Source: Callorhinchus milii (Eukaryota). Taken from it: DNA of 64,000 nt. Location: assembly GCF_018977255.1 (NCBI RefSeq), contig NW_024704742.1, forward strand, positions 15,502,001-15,566,000, read 5' to 3'. Shown here piece by piece: positions 23,559 through 37,370 of this stretch (its first letter is position 1; each line of letters begins with the position of its first letter). Below the pieces are notes generated by a model. That model was not told where the DNA came from and did not search any database. It was given only the letters and a program-made list of their open reading frames with translations. Position numbers and translations under genes: made by a program.

Positions 23559-26500
23559 AATGTGAAGCAGTGAAGTGATGGGGCTGATTGCACATCTGGA
23601 TAACTTGAGAAATGTGGAGTTGGGTGATGGAGAAGCTTTACAAAGGATCAGAAAAATTGAAGTCATTCTATTACTTTGCTTTCTATCCGAATCAAAATCT
23701 GACTTCTCTAGCATGCTGAAAAGTTTTACACACAGTGATTGTTTTCAAATAACATCCTTATGAAATATGAAGTACTCCCACTTCCTGCACACTCAGTGAA
23801 GGAGACCGTATATGTAGGTTAAGGTTTATTGTGTTATCATATTTCTATACTATAGCACATTCGTGAGTTACAGAAATTCATCAGTTTTGAACACTGCACA
23901 ACCCCGTTAAATTATTTATTTTCAGTAAGCTATGAAGTTCCGCATGGAAAGAGATGGTAATTCTGACTCTATGAAAGATTTTCTGGGATGAGGTTTTGTA
24001 AATTTGGAAAAGTTCAGTTGTGATAAATATCAAAAGTTCAATGATTCCACTCCAGGGAATTTTCATGTAGTGGTAGAAACCTTTTTCTGGCTGATTATTT
24101 TTCCAATCAATATGACAAGTGTATGATATACATGAATGAGAAATGTAAATCTATTCGATAGATTTGGTGGGCAGCGAAAATAGGATAATTTCAGGCATCA
24201 GCATTCTCTGTATTGATAGCATACAGACAGGATGTCAGATGTCAGTCATACAACAGCTGAAATTACTGGCATCCCTGGAAATATTGTTTAAAAATCAGCT
24301 TGAGGCATTGATCAGATCCCAGGCCCCTTCAGCCCCTCAGTAGTTATTGGATCTATCAGTACAAGAGGATGAACTTGAACTTTCCAGTTTAGTAGNTTTT
24401 TTTCTATAATCAAACCAAGTTTGAAGGGCTTTCTTCTGTCTTAGAACAAAGAAAGTTGTTACTATTCTCTGTACATACATTTGATAACAAAAACAGTTTT
24501 ATTTTAATTCTTGACCGAGATATTTTTCCAATTTGAAAGATTATTTTTAACTTCAAGTAACAAGAACCCATTGCATGATATTAAGACTGAAATTATTTGG
24601 TAAAGTAAAATATAGTATTAGAACTTTGCAAATGGAAATTAATTATGGATATGAGACTGTATGTAAATAGTAGTGCTCTTTACTGTGTGGTATTAATTGC
24701 AAGAAATAGCATTGTAAAAATAGATTTGCTATCTTCAACCCAATGGACATGTTTTTATTTAGTGTGTTATTTAGTAGGTTCAGTGTACTAAAAGATATTG
24801 ATATATTTTTGGAGATTAATAAATGAACACATTTTGTCTAAAAGCAATTCTAGTAATTGTGATTGATGTTGACAATATGTTTGCTCCGTAAATAAGACTG
24901 GTGCACTCATAAACATATTTGAGTTCTTTCTCATGCACCTCACACAGTTATAAATTGATGCCAGTATATCTGATTGCTTACAAGCTTTGTGGAAGATATG
25001 AAGAGAAAATATGAGTTTTAATCCTTAAATTGATATAATGTTTTTCACCTTGGGAGGATATCTCAGAAAGCTTCACAGGAGTTACTGTGAAGTGTAGTGA
25101 CTATTTTTTATTAAACCTTTTTGAGTTGTTTCTCACGCACTACATGCAGTTATGCACTGATGTCAGTACATCTGTGATGTACATGTTGCAGTGCAGGTTG
25201 CTAGATAATATTTTACCACTTGGAATCTGAGAGCTTCTGTACAGTGCAATCTGTCAGTAGCCATCCAAACTGCAACAGATAATGGCGATACAGTGGTTGG
25301 TGCTCTGCAAATCTCCCTCCTGTCAATAATTATGAGCTGGTGAGGGTCCTTTTCCCAAAAAACAGCTCGTCTCGATTCTCAATCAGGGATGGTGTAGTCT
25401 GGTAGCCACTGTATAGTTTGTGGAGTGCATCTGTTTCCCTTCACTCCTCTGCACTATAGTCTATATCAGTGTTTCTCAGCCTTTGTTAGTACCACATACC
25501 AACTCCGTTTTTTTAACAATTGATTATATTTGAGACTTATGTAACTTTAAGCCTAAAGCACTCAGAGACACTGCCCCAGTTGAAGTGCACTCTATAAATG
25601 TAAGTTGTTATTGAAGTGATGGATGTATAGAAAGGGGGTAAACTGAAGATCAAAATCACAAATGTTCACAACATATCATGAAAGATTGTTTGGGTGAAGC
25701 ATCACTGTGCATTATCACATACTTAATTAGGGTAGTTACCTAAGTTAAGTGCTGTATTTTTTTCAAAAAATTGCAAACTGATATAACACATAATAGTCAT
25801 CTCCAGATTAAAGCATTCTTGGCCCACGCACGATTCTCTGTTAAACATGTCCAATGTGTGTCCTTCGAAATACATATGATACTGTTATAAAGCAACACAG
25901 CATTGACTTCTCTGGATTTTGTAGCTCAAATCAAAGCCTTGAAGTATTAATTGTAGACATGTAAAAATTTCATTGACACAAATGTATAGAATGGAAACAG
26001 GCCATTCGGCCCAACTGGTCCGTATATTTCTTATGTCCCCTCATTATTGATTCCCCAACCAGTGGAAACAGCATTACATTTCTTTGTTGATTTCAAAGGT
26101 TTGAGAAATAGAGTAGTGGAAGAATACTGATTTACTTTTACTTTTGGATTGGGAATATAGAGTTTTAATTCACATAAAACCAATGCATATCGGACATGTT
26201 TTCCACCTTCTACCACTTTTGGGTGGTCATCTGTAAGGAGCAGAATTCCAATGTTTCTATTAACATTAATGAGCAATTTGTATTGCGTTAAAGTGAATGA
26301 AGTACTGGTATGTTGGAAGACTTCCGGTTAAGATTAGAATTTTTCTTTCAGAGACCAAAAGGCTGAAGCAATAATGAGATGGGCCGATTCCACACCTGGA
26401 TAACTTCAGTACTGAGAACCAGAGTAAACACAGAATTGGTTTGGTATCAGATGTCCAACTCATTAAATAAACCCCATTTTCCCCTCTTGTAACTTGTTTG

Positions 26501-27774
26501 TTATGGTTTAAAAACTCTTTTCTATACTGATGCATTTTCCTTTTTCCGATAATATTATATTGTGATATAGTACTGCGTTTTGATAGTGGGTATGTTAAAT
26601 TGGTGAATATTTTAATTGTTTCAAGAATATCCAATTAGCAAGGTCAAATTACGTATTGGAACTGAATGATTTTGTTAATGTTCACTGCCCTTTGAATTGG
26701 AGCTGTGATTTCCTTGTAAAATATCGATTGTCAGGAAATGAACATTGCAAGAAGCATTTTGACTAACCCTAACCCTAACCCTAATCCTGTATAAAGTGTG
26801 AATTGTATTATGTATAGCAATGCTCATCACTGAATCACACAAAACTGTCCCAAAATGTGTAAATATAACCTTATTGTGCTGCGTTTAAAAGCAATCTACT
26901 GCCTCAAATGTCATTCATTGCTGAATGATATGAACTGTGTATAAATTGTGTAATTGTAACAATTTGCTATGCTGCTATCAGTTAGCAATCAACTGTCTGT
27001 AATGTATGTGCAAATGAAAGTCAACTTATATAGTTCTGTGTTCGAATTGTTGTGTTTAAAACTGCTAAATATATTGAACAATGTTTCTACACTTGGCTTT
27101 TCCTGCATAAGACAAATCTTGATCAAATCCTGCATAAAACAAATATCTTTGACCATGCCTATGATCACCTTACGTCTCCCATCTGACCTCATCTTGCAAA
27201 GTACTCGAAGAGGTTATCCTACATGAAGATGCAAGTTATTATTGTTGCTTAGTTGTCTGAAGCAGAGAAAGATTACAACAATATAACAACAACAACAACA
27301 ACAACAGCAAAATTACATTTGTATAATACAGTGATACAGAACAGTGGAGTCTGGTTGAAGCGAATGCGATTTTTTAAGAAAAAAATTCACAACTTTCACA
27401 ACTGGCAGCTGCTGAGCTAATGTGAAAAGCAGCTTTGGTGATATGAAACCAGATGAACGACCACTCTAGATGCACGAATCAGCGGCCACTGTGAGTTTGG
27501 ATGGCAAGTGTCAGAATGTTATAAACAATAGGGAACCAATATAACCAATCCTAACTGTGTCGTCATCTAACATCTACACAGATTTATTTTTCCGCGCAGG
27601 TCATTGCATTTTAGGAACACAATAATAAAAATAATAGCAACAATAACAACAATAATAATAATAATAATAATCATTCTTGCATTTGACATAGCACCTGACT
27701 GCATGGATTTGCTAACAAACATTCTTATAAAAAGCCAGCCAGTGGGTACACAATTCAAAAAGAGAGATCACCAA

Positions 27775-28705
27775 AAAAATGATATTTGTATAGCTCCTTT
27801 CACATTGGGAATACATCCCAAGGTGCTGGACAGAGTTTCGGACCCGAGCTGGGGGTTGGGATCGAGGAGGGTGGAGTGCCCAGGGGAAGCAGAGAGATCG
27901 AAAGCATAGACGAAGAGGAGTGTCTGAGATGCGTCTTGAATGAGGCAAGGGAGTGGACGAGGCGGAGTGACTGCGTGACGGAGTTCCAGAGGGTGGGGGC
28001 AGAGTGGCAAAAGGCCAACACACCAATAGTGGGGGAGCGAAATGGGGGTGTTAAGCAAGCCGGAGAACGCTGAGTAGACGGAGCAAGACAATGGAGGGCT
28101 TTCAACGTGAGGACCAGGATCTTGAACTGTATCCTCTGTGTGATGGGAAGCCCATGGAGTCGGGTGAGGATGGGGGTAATAGGGTCACGGAGATTGGTGC
28201 AGGAGAGGACACAGGCTGCAGAGTTCTGGATAATCTGTAGCCTATGGAGGGAGGAGTTGGGGAAATTGACAAGCAAGGAGTTTGCATAGTCAAACCTCGA
28301 TGTAATGAAAGCGTGTATGAGGTTTTCAGGGGCCTGTGCTGTGAGACAGTGGCGGAGCCGGACGATGTTGCGGAGATGGAGGAGGGTAGAGTGGATCATA
28401 GCACAGATGTGGGATAGAAAGGATATTCAAGGGTCAAACAAGTCGCCAAGGTTCCGGACTTGCTTAGTGAGGTGGAGGATACAGCCATGGATGGTGATGC
28501 TGTCAGCGCCTGAAGTGTGGAGGCGCTGATGGGAGACAATCGGGAGAACCTCGGTCTTGTTGATGTTCAACTCCCATCCAGGACTTCATGTCTGACAGAC
28601 ATACTATTAGGACAGCAGTGGTCCTGGAGTCAAGGGTGGAGATAGAGATGTCGAGTTGGGTGTCACCTGCATACATGTGGAAAACGACCCCATGTCTGCG
28701 GATGA
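27775..28705 (-). mobile_element. Older L2 3' fragment (unit 3 paralog)
   Basis: Duplicate of 10190-11122 with the same truncation point. Confidence 0.88.
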
Positions 28706-30259
28706 AAGTTTGCTAAAGAACCAGAGTCCTGTACAACCAGTTTAAAAGAAGAAAACTTTCTGGGAACTCACAAACAAGTTCAGAAGCACAGATATATGAA
28801 TAAATTCTTACTCTGGAATTCTGTAATGTTTCCGGATTTGAAAGTTACCGAGGGTCCAGTTCCACATTACACTCTGTGGTTTATCATCTAAACCACCGAG
28901 TGTGAGGAAGAACTGCACACTTAGTAACTTTCAAATCAGGAAATTTAAAATAAACTTCAATTATGAATCTCCTTTTTCCAGGAAACCTTTACAGATGAGC
29001 AATAAAATCATCCATTAATACAATAAAATGTGATCAGAATTACTCAACAATTTGGTGAAAAAATAGCGGCTGAACATTGCAATGTTGCCACATGTTGCCT
29101 CATGTACTATAAAATATAATATATTAATTTGTACATTGAATTTAACGTTGTCACAATATTTAACATTTGCACTGGGTCCCAGGCATGTCGGAGACAATCT
29201 AGCCCTCCTCCTCTCAACACCCTTCTAAATAGCAAGAGCCTCGTCTTCGCTATGTATTGGATTTTAAAGCTTTGTAGATCAGATTGATGGTGAATGCAAC
29301 AGCAGGTTGTTCTTACGAACTGTGGAAAACAAGTTAACAATTCAATCTGAATTTAATCATTTTCAACAATTCTGTGAGATCTTAACGTATAAGACAAATG
29401 CTTCTACAGACTAGGATTAGGGTGAACTTAGGTCCTTTCCATGCTTGCAAGCTTTCACTCCAAATTTGCTGTCACTGCATTTCGCAGTAAAATCCTTTAA
29501 AACCTTTTGAGACATTTCAACGGAATACAATATCAGCCGCATGCTGTATTATGATGCTGTTAAGCACTCTAAGATGCTTCCCTATGTGGAGGTTGCCAGA
29601 TAAATGCAAGCTGTTGTTATTGTTCCCACAAAATATACAGTTAATTCACTTTACAGTATATTCTATGAAGCGCTTTGAGATGTCTCAAAGACGTGATAAG
29701 GCGCGATATCAAATGCAAGGATTATTATAATTTGGCAGATATTTTTGACAGTTTTGTAGCTGTCACAGCTTCAGATTGAAAATAAGTGACAATCTTAATC
29801 ACTTATAACATTTGCCACCAAAATTCCCATGTGACTGTATTTCAACAATCGTGACCCATTCTTAGTCAACATTATTTTTGCACTCTCACTAATGTATGAA
29901 GTTAATAGCATGAAAACTCTGACACATTTCTCGTAATTCATAGGTTTAGAGTCTGCTTTGTGTTCCCCTTTATTATAATCTGAAGGAGCGTGCCAAGATC
30001 TCTTAAGCGTTAAATGTAAAATCTGGAACTGGATTTGGCTACACATGGCTGAAAATGAATATTGTGGTGAACAACAGTACATGCATTCCTGAAAGCTCTG
30101 TAGCCCTCAATAATGTTCTGTTCCATATCAATTTGTGAGTAATGATTGATCAAATGGTCTTGAGGGAAGAGGATTATTTCTTTGAAAAAATGACAGTGAC
30201 AAATTAATTTCTACTGTTAAAGGCTTGGACTGGGTTCATGGGTTGGAAAGAGTCAAAAG

Positions 30260-30364
30260 TTAAGCAATAAACCAATTGGGGATTTCCCTTAACCAACAAA
30301 TGCCCTGTTTGGTGGATTTCATTTCCGCTGCTTGCCAAGTGAAAGGAGAAATTCACAATAAATA
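30260..30364 (+). promoter_or_regulatory. Putative proximal promoter of copy 3 with canonical NF-kB site
   Basis: GGGGATTTCCC at 30278-30288, plus the same neighbouring motifs. Confidence 0.6.
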
Positions 30365-30468
30365 GCGGTTCAGAGGAGCTTTCTGGCATTGAATTTCACT
30401 GCGAGAGAAACAGTGAGACAGAGTCAGACAAGAGACCCTGCAGCAGAAATCCATTCAACAGCACTAGG

Positions 30469-31777
30469 ATGAAGATGAACACTGTAACTGTGCTCGTCAT
30501 GCTTCTGTGTGTTATTGCCACGCAAGGTAAGTTGACTTTGTGCTCTTATGTTTCATCTCATTTCATTTTATCCTGATGGATCTCAGGGGTTATTGAAATT
30601 GAACTTTTTTCTTTGACTCTATTACACCTGTTCCAGGTTACTGCAGAGTTGTAAGGTTTGCAGTATTAGATGAAGTGCAGAAGAATCAAATCTCATAACA
30701 TGCTTTTTCTATATAAAAAATAATGTTTAAATCTAGTAAAAGAATTAATAGTTATAATTCTTGCATTTGGTTTGGTCTCAAATATAGTAACTCGAATATT
30801 CAAAAAGTCTTGATGTGCTTCGCAGATAATTGCTGTAAAGTGTAGTGACTCTATTTTGTGGGTAAATGCAGCAGCCAATTTGCACACAACAGTAATGCAT
30901 TGCTGCGTTGTGATCAATAAATGAATGCACTTAATTCTGTTTTACAGGAATTCCCATTGTGGGAACCAGTGCTCACTGTCTCTGTATTCAGACAACTTCC
31001 AGATTTATAAAACTGCAGAATATCCAGAGTCTGGAGTATATTCCCAGAAGAAGTGGCTGTGAGTCAACAGAGATAATGTGAGTCAAATTGTATGTAAAAC
31101 TTTCAGAACATTGTTGATGCCTAACGAGTGCTGTCATTTAATGGTATCCATTTAATAGAACGTGTGATTTCTTCAAATCATTCCTGATTGTTCAGTCTAT
31201 TTACAAAGCTAATTTTTATTATTTTGTTCTAAAAATGTGCTCACTTTCACATTGTCACGTTTTCTTTCCATCAATCAGATCTTAATAGATAAATTTCTCT
31301 TTGCAGTGTTACCCTGAAAAGCAACAGAAAAGTGTGTGTGAATCCTGATGCCAAGTGGGTGAAGGTTGTTATTGCCCGAAGAGGTAGGTTTCTAATAGAT
31401 TCACTTTTACATTGTGTACTTCTGTTCTCTTGTCCACCAAAGACTGAACATTTTATAATCCCATATTCTCTGAATAGGTGACTAATATTGCACAATCTTT
31501 CTTTTTGGATTGCTGTTTAATTAAATTACTTCCATTTTACTGTTCAATGAATGCAACTGATTGTGTCAGCAACCAGAAATTGAAAGGATTATACACAAAA
31601 CATCTACATTCTTGCATTGCTAAAATTCAGACTGTTTTAAAATAGACCAATGAAGATTGTGATTAACGCTGTGTATTAAAAAGAGTATCTGTGATTACTG
31701 GGTGGACGATTTCTGGTTAATATCATACTTCTTTATTTTCAGAGGCCAGAATGAGCAGTCGAAATATGAAGCCGTGA
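30469..31777 (+). CDS. CXC chemokine copy 3, 99 aa; exons 30469-30526, 30948-31077, 31307-31383, 31743-31777
   Basis: Exons 1-3 match copy 1. Exon 4 reads EARMSSRNMKP* (one R>S change). Splice sites are intact and intron 3 is shortened to 359 nt. Confidence 0.93.
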
Positions 31778-33544
31778 AGTGATGGGGCTGATTGCACATC
31801 TGGATAAGTTGAGGCATGAGGAATTGAGTGAAGGGGAAGCTTTACAAAGGATCAGAACAATTGAAGTCATTCTATTACTTTGCTTTCTCTCCGAATCAAA
31901 ATCTGACTTCTCTAGCATGCTGAAAAGTTTTACACACAGTGATTGTTTTGAAATAAGATCCTTATGAAATATGAAGTACTCCCACTTCCTGCACACTCAG
32001 TGAAGGAGACCTTATATGTAGGTTAAGGTTTATTGTGTCATCATTTTTCCAGACTATAGCACATTCGTGAGTTGATCTATTATAGAAATTCATCAGTTTT
32101 GAACACTGCACAACCCCGATAAATTATTTATTTTCAGTAAGCTATGAAGATGCGCATGGAAAGAGATGGTAATTCTGACTCTTTGAAAGATTTTCTGTGA
32201 TGAGGTGAACAGATTGAGGCTTTTTAAATTTGGAAAAGTTCTGTTGTGGTAAATGTCAAAAGTTCATTGATTCCACGCAGGGAATTTTCATGAAATGGTA
32301 CCCACCTTTTTCTGGCTGATTATTTTTCCATTCAATATGACAAGTATATGATATACATGAATGAGAAATGTAAATCTATTCAATAGATTTTGTGGGCCGC
32401 TAAAATAGGATAATTTCAGGCATCAGCATTCTCTGTATTGATAGCATACAGACAGGATGTCAGATGTCAGTCATACAACAGCTGAAATTACTGGCATCCC
32501 TGGAAACATTGTTTAAAAATCAGCTTGAGGCATTGATCAGATCCCAGGCCCCTCCAGCCCCTCAGTAGTTATTGGATCTATCAGTACAAGAGGATAAACT
32601 TGAACTTTCCAGTTTAGTAGTTTTCTTTCTATAAGCAAACCAAGTTTGAAGGGCTTTCTTCTGTCTTAAAACAAAGAAAATTGTTACTATTCTCTGTAGA
32701 TACATTTGATAACAAAAACAGTTTTATTTTAATTCTTGACCGAGATATTTTTCCAATTTGAAAGATTATTTTTAACTTCAAGTAACAAGAACCCATTGCA
32801 TAATGTTCAGACTGAAACTATTTGGTAAAGTAAAATATAGTATTAGAACTTTGCAAATGGAAATTAATTATGGATATGAGACTGTATGTAAATAGTAGTG
32901 CTCTTTACTGTGTGCTATTAATTGCAAGAAATAGCATTGTAAAAATAGATTTGCTATCTTCAACCCAACGGACATGTTATTATTTAGTATGTTATTTAGT
33001 AGGTTCAGTGTACTAAAAGATATTGATATATTTTAGGAGATTAATAAATGAACACATTTTGTCTAAAAGCAATTCTAGTAATTGTGATTGATGTTGACAA
33101 TATGTTTGCTCCGTAAATAAGACTGGTGCACTCATAAACATATTTGAGTTTTTTCTCATGCACCTCACACAGTTATAAATTCATGCCAGTAAATCTGATT
33201 GCTTACAAGCTTTGTGGAAGATATGAAGAGAAAACATGAGTTTTAATCCTTAAATTGATATAATGTTTTTCACCTTGGGGGGATATCTTAGAAGGCTTCA
33301 CAGGAGTTACTGTGAAGTGTAGTGACTCTGCATTTTGTTGTCAATTTTTTGGAAATTAGGAGAAAATAAATCTCAGACAATCAAAACAGTTGTGAAATGA
33401 GTGACAATTTTTAATTTGATAAATTATTGACCAGGACTCCAGGAAAAACTCCTATATTTTTTGTATAGTGCTTTGGGATGTTTAATGATTACCTGATCTG
33501 GCAGACAGGACCTCGATTCAATGTTTCATCCAATGGATATTAAC

Positions 33545-33810
33545 AAAAAATTGATAGAGAGCATTTAATGTCGGGAGGACATCCCAACGTGCTGCACAGT
33601 AAAGGGTTTGCACCTCATTTGGGTATTGGATTCTGGAAGGGTGGGAATGGGGAAATTGTTTGAAGGCACAGTCAAAAAGGAAGGTCTTCAGATATATCTT
33701 GAAGGAGGTGAGGGAACGGGCAGGGTGAAGGCCACTGGGATGGAATCCCAGAGTTCTAAAGAATGAGGGCAAAAGGACAACACCCCCAACAGTGGCTCGA
33801 GCACACTAGG
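33545..33810 (-). mobile_element. Old L2 3' end
   Basis: FKIYLKTFLF-type end; similar to 10190-10450. Confidence 0.68.
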
Positions 33811-33829
33811 ATCAGGGACTATATACTGA

Positions 33830-34330
33830 GGGACAAGTTGTAAGTCGGCTCAACCGGGGCAAATGCCAGATGGGGCTTACACCCTTGCAAGAGCCACTCC
33901 GGCACAACCTACTTCAGACACACCCACTGGGTAGCCTACAAGTGCACCAAAAACTGACTGAAGTAAGGGTACAGAAAAATGCTCAAGCTGTAACCAAAGA
34001 GGGTCCAGGGAATGTATGCACAGTAAACATATGCATGTACGGTGCACATCTTGGCGCCTACCAAAAGCGACAAGTCCATCTTATCAGGGTATGTGCAGGT
34101 GGGCACATGGAGTTAGTGTACATAGGGGTGACTCCCGACTGTGTTAAAGCGAGTGTCCCAATAAACGTGTTCACAGCCTACATGCAGTAAAGGAATGTAC
34201 CATAAGCAACAGAATGTTTTTTATATCGGCAGCAAAGGGAAACATTGTAACAGAATGTGTTGTGTTTGGTTTGGAATTTTGTTATACTAAATATTATATT
34301 TATAAATAAATATATATTTTCAAAACAAAA
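33830..34330 (+). mobile_element. Possible L1/Tx1-type 3' end
   Basis: Higher-GC decayed segment followed by a TG/AT-rich UTR, AATAAA and an A-rich tail. No diagnostic protein motif recovered. Confidence 0.3.
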
Positions 34331-35069
34331 GTAGCACTCGCTTCTTGAAGATCTTCTGTAGAGGTTTGCTTGTGTTTACATGTCCACCACCAAATCTCCC
34401 AATATTACCTTATGGGAGGTTCGAGCACATGGCAGGAGCTATCGTCTGCCTTCTGTTGGCTGGGATTGTACCTTTGATCTGAAGAGTTCGATCTAACCTC
34501 ACAAAAAGAGGGAAGGGAGATACTGGAATATGAAGATAGCTTAAGCACTTGGTCACTAGAGAGTTTGGGGCACAGGGGAAAGGAGGACAACCCTTGTTCC
34601 CTTGAGGAAATGTTTTGGTCTAATTTGGCTTAAAAAAGATTGAATGAGGCCTAACCTCTTTCACCAAATAAAAAAACTGTAGCTCTTGCCTATGTACAGG
34701 GTTATGAGGACGTACCCATATCTACTGCATATAGAGTCTGGTTCATCTTCAGAACTTACAATGCAGCACAAACCATCATGTAAAAATACAAGAATGTACA
34801 GACCAGAAAAAATGCTCCAGTTATTCCTGTCTGTTGCTTTCAACACATCATGTACATTTGTCACTCCGCGCAACTTTTATTATGCCCTGTGGAACTAAAT
34901 GATTACAAAGCATTACAAATCTATCACTATGTTTCTGAATCTTATTACATGCAGTCATTTAACACTTTTCATGCTTGCCACTACAATCTGTTTCCAACAC
35001 TCTATGCACACTTCTGACCACATTTTAAAGTTATCGCAATTTATATTCAATTTTCCTTATCATTATTCT

Positions 35070-35392
35070 AATAATAGTCCTTGCATTTGATATGGTGCCT
35101 TTATCCTCCCCATAGTTTGGAGGACATCTCAAAGCACTACACAGAATATACTGTAGAAGGAAATGACTATATTTGTAGTCGAGCGTAGCATACAACTGTG
35201 TCTCATGACACTTGAACAGGAGGGCAGAACTCGGCTTTATGTTTCATCTGAAGGACAGCACCTTCAACAATGCAGCACATCCTAAGCACTGCACTGGCGC
35301 GCCAGCCTAGAATGTGAGCTCAAAGCCTCGATTTGGGGCTTGAACGCACAACTTTCTGACTCAGAGGGGAAAGTACTACCAACTGAGCCAAG
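35070..35392 (-). mobile_element. Older DeuSINE-type SINE
   Basis: Reverse head (TTCTGACTCAGAGG..CAACTGAGCCA) plus tail. Confidence 0.68.
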
Positions 35393-36909
35393 TTAATACT
35401 TAATTCACAGTTGACTACAAAACTGTGTGGTGAGAAATATACAATTTAGCAAGTCACATTGGTAATAAGTAGGATTTTTAAAGTATTTGGGTTTGCATAA
35501 AAGTAATAGATTATTCACAACCCCAAATCTTTTGCTAGCTGCCTTGAACCATTTGTTGCAATGTTGTTCAAATAGGTTTATTGTGACAATGTATGTTTCA
35601 CCATTAGAGGTCCCTCTTACTTCACCTCATAAATTCTAGTCACTGGAATTTGCCTGTTTTTTCATCATACAACAACAACAAAGTTACATTTGTATAGCAC
35701 CTTTCACGTCGGGAGGACGTCCCAAGGCGCTGAAGATCATACTGTAACAGACTCTGAGTCTGGTAGTGAGGTGACCAACTATGACATAAGGTCACCCTAA
35801 AGAGCTGTGCCTGAGATGTAGCAGCATCTTTGTGGTATAAAGCTTTAAACCATTCTTTTACTCCCCAACCATCCAGTTTCCCTGGATCAAATGTGGGCCT
35901 TGCAGCTTCTAGCTGCAAATCAGAGAGAACAAAGGACGTCTGAGACCTATCCATATGGCCAGGTTGAGCCTGTTGTGGAGAATGCTCTGAGGCTGTTGAG
36001 CTCAGAGACTGAGAGACCATGAAGATGTGAATGAGAATGGGCAGGGGGCAATGAATTAGAGTGATACACAGAAGGGGTGCAGGATACCTAATATGAGCCA
36101 AGGAGCCTCTAGCTCCGTTCGAGATAATGAGTCTTGTCTGTCTCTGCTACGGACACCGGAAAATGCCTAGGCCTCTCCCTCACCCCACCCCCTGGATTAC
36201 TAAACAGCAGTTTTTGAATCAAGGGTGGGCCTGTGAATAGTCAATATATATTTCTGCATGCTCTCTTAATACCCCTTCCTTTACTTAAGCTTTCCCTGTT
36301 CTTTTTTAGAACACTGGTACTCCCCCAGCATTGAGTTGGAGTGCCAGTCCAGACTATCAGCTCAAGATCCTGACATGGGGCTTGAATCCATAACTTTCTG
36401 ATTCAGAGGTGAGCATGCTACCAACTTAATCAGGCTGACACCTAAAATGCCCAGCTCCTTGCAACCCTGGTGTAAACACTCCCTGGTCGTTAACGTTACT
36501 AAACATGCAAGCTCTAATAATGTGGGAAATCCCATTGTAACTATACATCACATAGGTCTGCATCTTTACTGACCAGTCGGGAAGTGCACCCAAGTGCAGA
36601 ACTTGTCTCAAATTGGAACTCATTTACTAGCAACTTAGATGGACACATCCCACAATCTAGTTGAGGAATGGTGCCAACAAAATTACAATTGACTTTTTTT
36701 GGGTCAAAGTAATTGGAAATTGCTTTTGAGAAATGACTTTTCATAACCACTGATGGACAAAACTATTAGTCAGATATTAAATTACCAGCACTACGAGTAG
36801 GCTGCTGACGACAAGCAGAAGAATTAAATGACAGCGGAAAGAACAGTGACAATTAATAAAATTAAATCAAATGTATTCAACTGAATACGGGAAAGGGTCA
36901 GGGTTGAGT

Positions 36910-37282
36910 GGGAGCCTGACAGAGGTGTACAGAATGCTGAGGGGTTTTGCCTGGGCAAATAGGGAGAAGTTATTTCAATTGGTAGGGAATTCAGTGACTA
37001 GGAACAAGAAGAGCGAAAGAGTCGCTTGGGAGAATTTGTATCACTCGGAGAGTTGCAGACCTTTCTGATGTGGAACCTGCCAAATAAGATGTAGAGGCAG
37101 AATCCATTGTGCATTTCAACAGGGGAGTAAACATATATATGTAAACATGTATAGAGGCTTGGAGGGCTATGGGGATAGGGCAGAACAGTGGGATTAAATG
37201 AACACCTAATTCTGAGAATCGGTGCAGACTCGATGAGCTGAAAGACCTCTTTCTGCACTGTAAATTTCTATGATTCTATGAA
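36910..37282 (+). mobile_element. CR1 LINE 3' end
   Basis: LTEVYRMLRGF...KLFQLV-type ORF2 end and an (ATTCTATG)n terminal repeat. Confidence 0.75.
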
Positions 37283-37370
37283 ATTGAGTAATTATCTTTC
37301 ATTAATTGGTATTGGAATGAGATGGCATTGCCCCACCCTACCTCTGTGGTCTCTACTCTGCCTGATTTGT

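Larger units (their letters stand above)
16206..25182 (+). repeat. Tandem segmental duplication unit 2
   Basis: Collinear with units 1 and 3. ATG-to-ATG spacing is 9112 bp (copy 1 to 2) and 8428 bp (copy 2 to 3). Confidence 0.9.
25183..33327 (+). repeat. Tandem segmental duplication unit 3
   Basis: Similarity to the other units ends after TGTAGTGACT at 33327. Confidence 0.9.
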
